Position numbers and translations under genes: made by a program
The notes under the pieces: model-generated
Told to the model about the DNA's origin: nothing
Database searches by the model: none
Seen by the model: the letters and a program-made list of their open reading frames with translations, nothing else
Origin: Bacillales bacterium
GTDB taxonomy: Bacteria; Bacillota; Bacilli; JARBTR01
Direction: 5' to 3'
DNA: 54,066 nt
Assembly: GCA_031554215.1 (NCBI GenBank)
Contig: JAVBKF010000036.1
Location: 1-54,066 of the forward strand
Shown here: positions 42,620 to 51,912 of the stretch, piece after piece
How positions within the stretch are numbered: the stretch's first letter is position 1
How the letters are laid out: the number at the start of each line of letters is the position of its first letter

Positions 42620-43396
42620 GTGGAATTTTCACGATTAAACTTGATGAAGTTAGGACAAATCGCTACAATTACGATTACGAATCCACCGGCTAACGTCCTT
42701 GATCAACAGTTGTTCCTAGAACTTGGGCAGGTACTAGGGCAATGCAATGAAGATTATACGGTTCGTGTGATTATCGTGACCGGTGAGGGAAAGATGTTTG
42801 TAGCTGGTGCTGATATTAAGGCACTTGCATCCGTACCATCTGCTGAGGTTGGTATTGCGCTTGCGCGTCAAGGTCAGCAATTATTTCACCAGATTGAGCA
42901 ACTTGAGAAACCGGTAATTGCTATGATTAATGGCGCATGTCTAGGTGGTGGACTAGAGCTGGCAATGGCTTGTCATCTCCGAATCGCCGCAGATTCGGCA
43001 AAGCTAGGACTGCCAGAACTGAGGCTTGGATTAATTCCTGGCTACGGAGGCACTCAGCGTTTACCGCGGTTAGTTGGCCGAAGTAAGGCGACGGAATTAA
43101 TTCTCACAAGCGCACTAATTGACGGGACAGAGGCTGAGCGGATTGGACTCGTTTCCAGAGCAGTGCCGCTGACTGAACTCGAACTAGCGGTACATACATT
43201 GGCAGAAACAATTTGTGAGAGAAGCCCGCTGAGCATTGTTGCAGCACTAGTTGCCATTGATCAAGGCTGTATGAGTGATGAAAAGGGATATCAAGTGGAA
43301 AGAGAAGGCTTTGGGGGATTACTTGAGTCGTCTGATGCACACGAAGGAATGAAGGCATTTCTTGAAAAAAGATCACCGCATTTCCGAGGTTGTTAG
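42620..43396 (+). CDS. Enoyl-CoA hydratase (crotonase family)
   Basis: MFVAGADIK, NGACLGGGLELAMACH and AFLEKRSPHF motifs. GTG 42620 lies 8 nt after GGGAG. Confidence 0.88.
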   Translation: MEFSRLNLMKLGQIATITITNPPANVLDQQLFLELGQVLGQCNEDYTVRVIIVTGEGKMFVAGADIKALASVPSAEVGIALARQGQQLFHQIEQLEKPVIAMINGACLGGGLELAMACHLRIAADSAKLGLPELRLGLIPGYGGTQRLPRLVGRSKATELILTSALIDGTEAERIGLVSRAVPLTELELAVHTLAETICERSPLSIVAALVAIDQGCMSDEKGYQVEREGFGGLLESSDAHEGMKAFLEKRSPHFRGC

Positions 43397-43413
43397 TTGT
43401 TTACGAACCGTAA

Positions 43414-43452
43414 CGTCGAGGTAGACCCGAATAGAGGTGTCTCGGCGTTTTT
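43414..43452 (+). terminator. Terminator of the thiolase-hbd-acd-crotonase operon
   Basis: CGTCGAG (43414-43420) / CTCGGCG (43441-43447) with one G-U pair, followed by TTTTT. Confidence 0.45.
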
Positions 43453-43972
43453 GATGTGTGAATCATGAAGCGGATTAGATCATGGCATATACTGAAAAAA
43501 TGATGAAATAGCAAATGATTGTGGTTTACTCGATATTACCAGAAAATAACGATTAATTTTGTTGTGTTGTAGGATGGCCCAATTGCTGAAGGAATTTTTG
43601 TTGTGGAATTTAACGGAAACAGGTGTTTCTACATGCAGTAGTCACGATATTAAGCAGATTGGTTTACTCAAGAAGTCAAATGGATAACTATTGAAAAAAT
43701 GGTTAGACAAGTCTTTGAAGTTGCCCTATACTTCTCGAAAGGCAGTAAAACGGTCTGGTAGCCCAGTTGCCCCCGGGAGTAGAGTTCACACCTCTGCTCC
43801 TTCTTAATATTGTAATCATAGACTTCCCAAGTATACTTTTTAAGCTAAAGTTATTTATTATGAAATCTCATTGATGTTTTACCAGTTTACAAATTAAGCT
43901 TATCGTCAGCAAAGTTCTATCTTTACTGCAGTATTTAGGTTATCACTGCGCTCTCTAGGGCAATCAAAGCAC

Positions 43973-44001
43973 TTGACCTGCTAGCCTCAAATGCCTAAAA
44001 T
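43973..44001 (+). promoter_or_regulatory. Sigma-A promoter of the MMPL-TetR operon
   Basis: TTGACC (43973-43978), 17 nt spacer, TAAAAT (43996-44001). Confidence 0.55.
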
Positions 44002-44006
44002 AAAAA

Positions 44007-44027
44007 ACATACCGTCGGTCGGAATGT
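44007..44027. promoter_or_regulatory. Imperfect 21 bp palindrome at the predicted transcription start (candidate TetR operator)
   Basis: ACATACCGTCGGTCGGAATGT has ACAT.CCG.C...G.CGG.ATGT symmetry (7 of 10 arm pairs match). It begins 6 nt after the -10. Confidence 0.4.
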
Positions 44028-44079
44028 TCGTTTGGAGCACCGTTTGAGATAGGAATAATCGTGGGGAGAGTTGATTTGA

Positions 44080-46221
44080 ATGTTTCGTTTTAGAAAATTG
44101 ATCTTGATTGTAACGCTTTTCATCGCCATATTCTTTGGCTATTTTGGTATAAAGCTACCTGAAGTGCTTGAGGGAGATGGCTTTGAAACAGATGGCAGCT
44201 ATGCGACAACCAATCACCTGTTAGAAGAAAACTTTGGCCAATCGACCTCACCGTATATCGTCATGTTCTACAATGATAACAATCAGAGTGAACAAGCGTT
44301 TTCGGATTACATAGCTACATCTGTGGCAGAAATTGATCAAATTTCTGAGGTGTCACAGATTGCTTCCCCGATTGAAAATGTTGCACAAATGAAGCCAGAT
44401 ATTGCTTATGCACTGGTCAGTTTTAAAGAAGATACGGATGCCAGTAAGAACACGGCGAATCTTGAGAAGGCAATTGTAAAGAGTAATGATTTTCACACAA
44501 GCCTGACTGGTGGGTCAATCCTTGATGATGAATTCAATGACATCGCCCAGTCAGATTTGAAAACCGCAGAAAAAATTGGGTTGCCAATTGCGTTAATTGT
44601 ATTGCTCCTTGCGTTTGGTGGTGTTGTTGCAGGGTTCATACCACTTGTGTCCGGCGCAGTCTCTGTACTAGTTTCAATGGGGATTTGCTATTTCCTAGGC
44701 AAGGAGTTTGATTTATCAATCTATGTATTAAACGTAACACCAATGATAGGACTTGCTGTCAGTATTGATTTTGCCTTGCTATTTACGCAGCGCTTTCGTG
44801 AAGAGCTGCGTCAGCACCCAGTGAGTGAAGCAGTGCGCATTACCAGCCGTACAGCCGGGAGAGCGATTGTTTTTTCTGGCAGTTGTGTTGCGCTTGGGCT
44901 CGTTGGCATGTTCTTTATTGATGTTGATATTTTCAAAAGCGTTGCGACAAGTGGGATTGTTGTCGTCATCGTTTCTGTGATTCTTGCGAATACCTTTCTG
45001 CCAGCTTTGCTCGGTCTACTCGGACACCGGGTGAATACGCTCAGAATTTTTAAAGAAAAAGAAAAGGAAGAGGGAAAAGGGATTTGGCACCTTTTCGCAA
45101 GCTTTGTGATGAAGCGCCCAGTGAAAATGATGCTTGCAGCATTGGTCGTGCTTGTACTTGCGGTCATTCCGATGTTCCATATCAAACTCGAAGTCCCGGA
45201 TATTACCTCACTGCCGGAAAGTAGTCCTGCTAAACAAACTTATCAGGATTTTGCAGAGTACTTTGTATCTGATGACACATCACGTGTACCAATTGTAATG
45301 ACACTCGAGAACGGAGATGCGGGTAGCAGTGAGTCCTTAGAAGAAGTGCAATCGTTTGCTAAGGAACTAGAAAAGGACCCGATTGTGAAAGAGGTCAATT
45401 CAGTTTTCTCTGCATCACAAATAGATGACCCAGTCATGCTTGAGGCTGCCTTGCAAGACCCAGTAATGGCACCTCTGGCAAAGCAGTTTATTCATGACGA
45501 TACACAGATGATTGCTGTTACTTTAAATGAACCAGCTACGAGTAAAGAGGCACAGAATTGGGCTGGTGATTTGCAAGAGGGTGCGGAGAATCACGACGGA
45601 TTTACGTATTCAGTCGGCGGAGAACCGAAGTTTAATCAAGAGATTTTTGATGCGATTTGGGCTGGTGCGCCATATGGCATTGCCTTTATTCTGGTAACGA
45701 CATTTTTGATTTTGTTAGTTGCTTTCCGGTCAGTGCTCATCCCGTTGAAGGCAGTATTAATGAATATCCTCTCGCTTTCGGCGGCATTTGGACTGATTGT
45801 TTGGATTTTCCAAGACGGCCATTTAGGCGTTGATGCAGCACCGATCGCAGTCATTATTCCAGTCTTCATGTTCTCGGTTGTGTTTGGACTGAGTATGGAC
45901 TATGAGGTGTTTCTCATTTCGCGGATACAAGAGGTGTATCTTGAGACCGGTGATAACGATATTGCCACCTTGATGGGACTTACATCGACGAGTAAAATTA
46001 TTACCTCAGCCGCGGCCATTATTATTGCTGTCACTGGTGCATTTGCCTTCACGGAAATTTTACCTGTAAAACAGGTTGGTATAGGTGTTGCGATTGCCAT
46101 CTTTATAGATGCTACGATTGTGCGGATGATTTTGGTGCCTTCACTCATGAAGTTACTCGGTAATTGGAATTGGTGGTTCCCGTTCAGTGGTAAAAAGAAG
46201 TCAAGAAAAGTAGGCTACTAA
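44080..46221 (+). CDS. MMPL family transporter (YdfJ-like)
   Basis: 713 aa built from two 6-TM bundles, each preceded by a soluble domain; typical MMPL/RND-superfamily layout. Confidence 0.85.
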   Translation: MFRFRKLILIVTLFIAIFFGYFGIKLPEVLEGDGFETDGSYATTNHLLEENFGQSTSPYIVMFYNDNNQSEQAFSDYIATSVAEIDQISEVSQIASPIENVAQMKPDIAYALVSFKEDTDASKNTANLEKAIVKSNDFHTSLTGGSILDDEFNDIAQSDLKTAEKIGLPIALIVLLLAFGGVVAGFIPLVSGAVSVLVSMGICYFLGKEFDLSIYVLNVTPMIGLAVSIDFALLFTQRFREELRQHPVSEAVRITSRTAGRAIVFSGSCVALGLVGMFFIDVDIFKSVATSGIVVVIVSVILANTFLPALLGLLGHRVNTLRIFKEKEKEEGKGIWHLFASFVMKRPVKMMLAALVVLVLAVIPMFHIKLEVPDITSLPESSPAKQTYQDFAEYFVSDDTSRVPIVMTLENGDAGSSESLEEVQSFAKELEKDPIVKEVNSVFSASQIDDPVMLEAALQDPVMAPLAKQFIHDDTQMIAVTLNEPATSKEAQNWAGDLQEGAENHDGFTYSVGGEPKFNQEIFDAIWAGAPYGIAFILVTTFLILLVAFRSVLIPLKAVLMNILSLSAAFGLIVWIFQDGHLGVDAAPIAVIIPVFMFSVVFGLSMDYEVFLISRIQEVYLETGDNDIATLMGLTSTSKIITSAAAIIIAVTGAFAFTEILPVKQVGIGVAIAIFIDATIVRMILVPSLMKLLGNWNWWFPFSGKKKSRKVGY

Positions 46222-46273
46222 AGTCCGAATCGTGTGTTTGGTTTTAGTCTGATTGTGAGAAAGGGAAATGACG

Positions 46274-46864
46274 ATGTCTGAAAAATTGCCAAAGGAAACG
46301 CGGATTGATCGTATTTTAGCAGCTGCGCTTGAAGTATTTGTGGAAAAAGGGTTTGATGTTTCTATGGATGAGATTGCGACCAGCGCAGGGTTGAGTAAGG
46401 GCGGATTGTATCATCATTTTGAAAATAAGGATGCCATTATCTTAGCGACTGCTATTCAGCTAGCGCATTCACATGATGGTTTGATTGCGGAAGCGGTCCA
46501 GGCAGATAGAATGGCTGATGGACTGAAACAGTTTATCAAACGTTATCTGGAGCTATGGTTGTCAAGGGAGAAAGAATTTCAATTCTTCATGATTGCACTC
46601 GGGAAAGCGGTCAGGGCAAAAGAGTTGACGCAGTCTTTTCAAGTGCATCATAATGAGTGCATTTTAGCATGCGGAGAACTGTACCGTTTAGGCGCTCAAA
46701 AGGGAGAGTTTATTCCGCTTGAACCATATGAGTGCGCAACGCTCTTGCTATCAGCACTAGATGGATTGCATATTTATATGGCCATTAACCCTGATATTCA
46801 ATTAGAAGCGATGCTCGATTTGTTAGTTAAAATGCATGTAGATGTGTTTCTTGTTCAGAAGTAA
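46274..46864 (+). CDS. TetR/AcrR family transcriptional regulator
   Basis: HTH ILAAALEVFVEKGFDVSMDEIATSAGLSKGGLYHHFENKDAI. ATG 46274 lies 7 nt after GGGA, whereas ATG 46268 is 1 nt from it. Confidence 0.85.
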   Translation: MSEKLPKETRIDRILAAALEVFVEKGFDVSMDEIATSAGLSKGGLYHHFENKDAIILATAIQLAHSHDGLIAEAVQADRMADGLKQFIKRYLELWLSREKEFQFFMIALGKAVRAKELTQSFQVHHNECILACGELYRLGAQKGEFIPLEPYECATLLLSALDGLHIYMAINPDIQLEAMLDLLVKMHVDVFLVQK

Positions 46865-47002
46865 TCAATCATCTGAGGGAAATGCTGATTACTGGCCGGG
46901 TTATTGTCATTGACTAGTCCATCTTGTCGATCAGCTCTACTGACTTAATCATACGCCCTTCAAACGTCACTGATACCCAAAGCGTGTTTGATGAGTGAAA
47001 AT

Positions 47003-47045
47003 AAAATAGAAAAAGAGCGGAAATTGTGCGCTCTTTTTCTATTTT
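47003..47045. terminator. Bidirectional terminator between the TetR gene and a convergent lipoprotein gene
   Basis: AAAATAGAAAAAGAGCG (47003-47019) / CGCTCTTTTTCTATTTT (47029-47045), a perfect 17 bp stem. Confidence 0.7.
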
Positions 47046-47101
47046 CATAGTTGGTCAGCTGCCACCAGTCTATTTTGCTAATCTGACTACAGTAGCGACC
47101 A

Positions 47102-48145
47102 TTATGGCTGATAGAAGATATTTGAAAATGAACTATTCATCCCGTTGTTTTTTGCATCTTCATCTAAATCAACGGTCCACTTATCGCCAGACTTCTTTAA
47201 ATACAGGACAAGGCTGTTGCTAGTCACGATATTGGCTTCATTTAGTGCCGTTTGTACCAGGCTCATATCAACTGCGTTAGTCTGTACCATGTCCAGATAA
47301 TTGAGTCTTGCATCATAGAAATCAATTACAGTTGGTTTAACATTGACCGTAGCAATGCCACCCATGTTACTAAGGAGATTCACCTCTGCAGAACTTTTTA
47401 CACTTTGTGTGGCTATAAATTGCTGGTAAATTTGATCACTGACATCTTTATCCTCAGATGGGTAAGCAATTTCAAGAAAGTGGTTTTTAATATTATTGCT
47501 GATTGATTCCTGATCAATATCGAGGTATTTCTCAAAGTCTGGATTTTCTTTTCCTAAAAGCATGACATCAACATATGCCTGTGCTGCTTTTTCAGGTTCA
47601 GTCAGTTGTTCTTTTGTATCCAAATAAAGACTTGGGTCAATGGCAGCAATGATGAGAGAATCAGATCTTTCAGATCCCGGAGGCGTGTACGCTAACTGAT
47701 ATTGTTTATCTGGACTAACGGTAAATATTATCGCTCTAGTCAGTTGATCATCGGGTGCAATTGTTTCATAGCTCAATAAATAGCCCTCTTCTTGTTGCGA
47801 GAGTATTTCACTTTTTGTAAAAGTGCCTGTATCTGATTCAATCAGTTCAAAATCTTCGTTATCAATATGAAGTTCTCCGTCACCAGAATTCTTAATTTCT
47901 AGTTCAATGGCAAGGTAATCTGTACCGACTACTGCCCCAGAACTCGGTGGTGGTATGACGTATTCCGTCTTACTTACAGAGATAGTTGCCTTTCCCTCGC
48001 CGTCAGTCTCAACGGCACTATTATCAGAAGGCACATCAGTGCCACACCCAGTTGTGAACAGAAGTACGAAAATAGGAACCAGCAATAGTCTATACTGTTT
48101 CATTTTGTTAAAAATTCGATATCGCTTGCTAGTCATTCGATTCAT
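47102..48145 (-). CDS. Probable lipoprotein with an Ig-like (DUF4352-type) N-terminal domain
   Basis: AGGAGGGGAG lies 5 nt upstream of ATG 48145. The signal is MNRMTSKRYRIFNKMKQYRLLLVPIFVLLFTTGCG. The segment DYLAIELEIKNSGDGELHIDNEDFELI resembles DUF4352. Confidence 0.6.
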   Translation of the reverse strand: MNRMTSKRYRIFNKMKQYRLLLVPIFVLLFTTGCGTDVPSDNSAVETDGEGKATISVSKTEYVIPPPSSGAVVGTDYLAIELEIKNSGDGELHIDNEDFELIESDTGTFTKSEILSQQEEGYLLSYETIAPDDQLTRAIIFTVSPDKQYQLAYTPPGSERSDSLIIAAIDPSLYLDTKEQLTEPEKAAQAYVDVMLLGKENPDFEKYLDIDQESISNNIKNHFLEIAYPSEDKDVSDQIYQQFIATQSVKSSAEVNLLSNMGGIATVNVKPTVIDFYDARLNYLDMVQTNAVDMSLVQTALNEANIVTSNSLVLYLKKSGDKWTVDLDEDAKNNGMNSSFSNIFYQP

Positions 48146-48410
48146 TTGTACTCCCCTCCTTATTCCATTTTGGTTTATTCTATCAATTTCTATTACCGAG
48201 TACAATCCTAATTTTCTTTTTAATGGTCGATTTGTGTAGAATTTTCTCTGGTTTTTTATTCTAGATCAATGGTTGTACTGGTAGCTTGTCCAAGTAGGGA
48301 AGCCAGATTTGTGTGTAGCATGTTTTCTAACAGATTCGCATAAGTAATGGTAGTGGGACATTGCCCAGTACCTAATATAAGGATTTCCATTCGATGAAAA
48401 GAGGGTTACC

Positions 48411-49553
48411 ATGCATTTTCAATTATCGGAAGAGTGTCAAATGATGCGTGAAATGGTACGAGCGTTTGCAGAGAATGAATGTGAACAGACGGCAGCACGG
48501 CGTGATGAGGAAGAATATTTTGATATGGAAATATGGCGAAAGATGGCTGGACTAGGCTTGTGCGGGATTCCGTGGCCTGAGCAGTATGGCGGGGCGGGGG
48601 CGGATTATATCAGCTATGCGATTGCTGTTGAAGAGCTGTCGCGTGTTGATGCATCAATCGGTGTTACTTTGTCTGCGCATACTTCTCTTGCAGGATGGCC
48701 GATCTACAAATTTGGTACGGAAATTCAGAAACAGACATATCTCAGGGCTATGGCAGAAGGCAGGAGTATGGGTGCGTACTGTTTAACAGAAGCTGGCTCT
48801 GGTTCAGATGCGGCAGCGATGAAAACAACAGCTATACTTGACGGCGATGAGTGGTTGCTAAATGGTGCCAAGATTTTCATCACCAATGGTGGATGTGCCG
48901 ACATCTATATTGTATTTGCTCAGACAAATCCGGCATTAAAACACAAAGGCATTGCCGCTTTTATCGTAGAAAAAGACTTTGAAGGATTTTCAGTTGGAAA
49001 GAAGGAACGTAAACTCGGGATTCGTTCTTCTGCGACAACGGAGGTTTGTTTTGATGGTTGCCGTGTGCCGAAAGAGAATCTTCTTGGGGAAGTCGGGGAT
49101 GGATTTACAATTGCGATGAAGACGTTAGACGGTGGTCGTAATGGGATTGCGGCTCAGGCACTCGGGATTGCACAAGGGGCATTCGATCAAGCGACAGCTT
49201 ATGCTAAGGGGCGTGTGCAATTTGGCAAGCCGATCAGTCACCTGCAAGCAATCCAGTTTAAACTGGCTGATATGGCAACGAAAATTGAGGCAGCTCGATT
49301 GCTTACCTATCAAGCGGCTTGGCGTGAGGATCAGGGGATATCTTATGGACTGCAATCAGCGATGTCAAAATTATTTGCTGGTGATATCGCCATGGATGTG
49401 ACAATCGAAGCGGTGCAGGTGTTTGGCGGCTACGGTTACACACGGGACTATCCTGTAGAACGATATATGCGTGACGCTAAGATTACCCAGATTTATGAGG
49501 GGACAAATGAAATCCAGCGCCTCGTTATTGCTGGGTATTTATTGAAGGCCTAA
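48411..49553 (+). CDS. Acyl-CoA dehydrogenase (butyryl-CoA dehydrogenase-like, second paralogue)
   Basis: 380 aa ACAD, collinear with the mmgC-like gene ([17 protein letters not shown]). Confidence 0.9.
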   Translation: MHFQLSEECQMMREMVRAFAENECEQTAARRDEEEYFDMEIWRKMAGLGLCGIPWPEQYGGAGADYISYAIAVEELSRVDASIGVTLSAHTSLAGWPIYKFGTEIQKQTYLRAMAEGRSMGAYCLTEAGSGSDAAAMKTTAILDGDEWLLNGAKIFITNGGCADIYIVFAQTNPALKHKGIAAFIVEKDFEGFSVGKKERKLGIRSSATTEVCFDGCRVPKENLLGEVGDGFTIAMKTLDGGRNGIAAQALGIAQGAFDQATAYAKGRVQFGKPISHLQAIQFKLADMATKIEAARLLTYQAAWREDQGISYGLQSAMSKLFAGDIAMDVTIEAVQVFGGYGYTRDYPVERYMRDAKITQIYEGTNEIQRLVIAGYLLKA

Positions 49554-49655
49554 GCAGTTATTCATCGGTTAACATTTTCTCCTACTTGTTCAGAGGTGAC
49601 TAGGGGTGCGATATCGCTTAGGGATTTTTTTGTTTATACCAGTCAAAATGATTTG

Positions 49656-49710
49656 AAAAGGCCTTGAGACAGTGCGTGCAAAGTTTGCACCTTGTCACAA
49701 GGCCTTTTTT
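49656..49710 (+). terminator. Rho-independent terminator after the second acd gene
   Basis: A long hairpin closed by GGCCTTG (49660-49666) / CAAGGCC (49698-49704), followed by TTTTTT. Confidence 0.6.
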
Positions 49711-50289
49711 ACGTGCGAAGTAACCTAATGTGCTAGTGCTAGAAATTCCATGAAAAGTGGGCTAAACGTTCCACTTTTGAGCGATATTTCTGATGCTCTA
49801 TCACAATGCTTGTGCATTCAATCGGCAAAATTTAACTGTCAATACAAACAGCTACCGATAGCCCGCCCGCCCATTTTGCAGATAGTGCTCAAAGAACCGA
49901 TTGCAAAGTGTATCGGGTTTATTCACTAACTTCGGTAATGCTGAGTAGAGATATTCGGTGGGGCTATGGCGATGCAAGAACTATTGGGTAAATAAATCAC
50001 AATTGTTCACCTTGACATTTAACTGAAGGATTTGACAATCCAGTTGCTGCACGCGAAGGAATAAACAAAATCAATTTGATTCATAATAAAGATAGCTACG
50101 TACTTTGGCGGCTAAACTTTGTTTCTCTGGAGTGGCTTCCATTAGGTAGACAATCATTTCATAGCAGTTGTTTTAGTATAACTCAGAATAGAATGCACTG
50201 GGGTCTGTTTGAAAATAGCATAATGATATCTGCAACTAGATTTTACAAAAAAATAGTTATTTTCTATCCGTTATTTTACATATACAACT

Positions 50290-50318
50290 TTGTAACTTCG
50301 GAAAAGTCGTGCTATAAT
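50290..50318 (+). promoter_or_regulatory. Near-consensus extended -10 sigma-A promoter upstream of pepV-yfcC
   Basis: TTGTAA (50290-50295), 17 nt spacer, TATAAT (50313-50318), preceded by TGC (TGn extended -10). This implies a leader of about 180 nt. Confidence 0.6.
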
Positions 50319-50505
50319 TTACAGGAATCTGAGCGCGTTTTTTGCTGAAATGGCTAGTTTTTTGTAGTATCGTAACAAGAGTGGTAAAGGACAGGGGGTG
50401 ACCCTGAAATGGTGAGGCTAATTGTCACTCCGATTAGTGCTGATACATCTGGATTGAATTTGTCAAACCATTGACGGTTGTCACATTACAAAGGAGGTCA
50501 TGTCT

Positions 50506-51864
50506 ATGAGGGACAACCTATTTTCTGAAACACACTATGAAGCGTGTTTGGCATCAATTGCACAGCTTGTACGAATTCCTTCTGTATGCGATGAGGAGAA
50601 CGCAGCTACTGGAATGCCATTCGGTGCAGAGATTGCGCGTGCCTTACAAGAAACAATGGAAATTTGCCAGTCCATTGGAATGAAAACGACTATTGATCCT
50701 GATGGTTACTATGGCTATGCGGATTATGGCGATCATGAGGAAACATTTGGGATTCTATGTCATCTAGACGTAGTACCAGCAGGTGATTTAAGCCTCTGGC
50801 AAACGGCACCGTTTTCTCCAGAACAACGGGACGGGAGATTGTACGGCAGAGGAACACAAGATGATAAGGGTCCGGCAATGGCTGCTTTATTTTCGTTAAA
50901 GGCGTTGATTGATGCTGGTTACACGTTTACAAAGAAGATTCGTTTTATCTTTGGAACGGATGAAGAAACCCTCTGGCGCTGCATGGCAGCCTATGCAAAA
51001 AAAGAAAAGTATCCAAGTATGGGGTTTGCACCTGATGCTTCTTTCCCGTTGATTTTTGCAGAAAAGGGGTTACTTCAGGTCCAATTGAAAGGGAAAGGAA
51101 GCGCAGACATTGAACTAGATTGCGGTGATGCGTTTAATGTCGTCCCTTCAAAAGCCATGTATGGTGGGAACGATTTTCAGGACGCCGAGTTTCATCTTGA
51201 AGAACTTGGATTTCAGTTTCAAAAGCATGAGAATGCAACAGAAGTTCTCGGGAAATCTTGTCATGCGAAGAGTCCTGAGGATGGTGTCAATGCAGTTAGT
51301 CGTTTAGCAATAGCACTGAATAAAATGGGTAAGCAGAATGATGCGATTCGTTTCATTGCTAGTGAAATTGGTGAGGATGCATTTGCTAGTAAAATCTTCG
51401 GGGTTGTCGAGGATGAGGTTTCAGGAAAATTGAAATGCAATGTTGGCAAGCTTATGGTGAGTGAAGACGAAACGGTGATCAGCATAGACATGCGAATTCC
51501 GGTAACAGCAGATAAGGATGAGATATGTCATTCGCTCACGGCTGTTGCTGAAAAGTACAATCTCACTTTTGAAGAATTTGATTACCTGGCTTCTATTTAT
51601 GTGCCACTTGACAGTGAGCTTGTCACGAGTCTACTAACGGTCTATCAGCAAGTAAGTGGTGATTATGCCACAAAACCAATATCTTCAGGTGGGGCAACTT
51701 ATGCAAGAGCAATGAAGAATTGTGTTGCTTTTGGTATGTTATTTCCGAATTCGGTGAAAACTGAACATCAGCCTAATGAATATCTAGAAATTACTGATCT
51801 CAAGAAAGCAATGGCTATTTATGCTGAAGCGTTGGTTCGCCTGTGCACGAACAAAGATGCCTAG
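50506..51864 (+). CDS. pepV: M20 family dipeptidase (PepV / Sapep type)
   Basis: HLDVVPAGD..W..PF and GRGTQDDKGP motifs. ATG 50506 lies 8 nt after GGAGG, whereas ATG 50500 is 2 nt from it. Confidence 0.85.
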   Translation: MRDNLFSETHYEACLASIAQLVRIPSVCDEENAATGMPFGAEIARALQETMEICQSIGMKTTIDPDGYYGYADYGDHEETFGILCHLDVVPAGDLSLWQTAPFSPEQRDGRLYGRGTQDDKGPAMAALFSLKALIDAGYTFTKKIRFIFGTDEETLWRCMAAYAKKEKYPSMGFAPDASFPLIFAEKGLLQVQLKGKGSADIELDCGDAFNVVPSKAMYGGNDFQDAEFHLEELGFQFQKHENATEVLGKSCHAKSPEDGVNAVSRLAIALNKMGKQNDAIRFIASEIGEDAFASKIFGVVEDEVSGKLKCNVGKLMVSEDETVISIDMRIPVTADKDEICHSLTAVAEKYNLTFEEFDYLASIYVPLDSELVTSLLTVYQQVSGDYATKPISSGGATYARAMKNCVAFGMLFPNSVKTEHQPNEYLEITDLKKAMAIYAEALVRLCTNKDA

Positions 51865-51912
51865 TTTTAGGAGATGTAGTTTTATAAAAAAAGAAAGGTA
51901 GGTGTATTTAAA

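Noticed and set aside
50076-50348. 90 aa ORF in the gap upstream of pepV
   Set aside because: It has no SD and odd composition, its 3' end overlaps the near-consensus promoter at 50290-50318, and it has a TTG-type start only.
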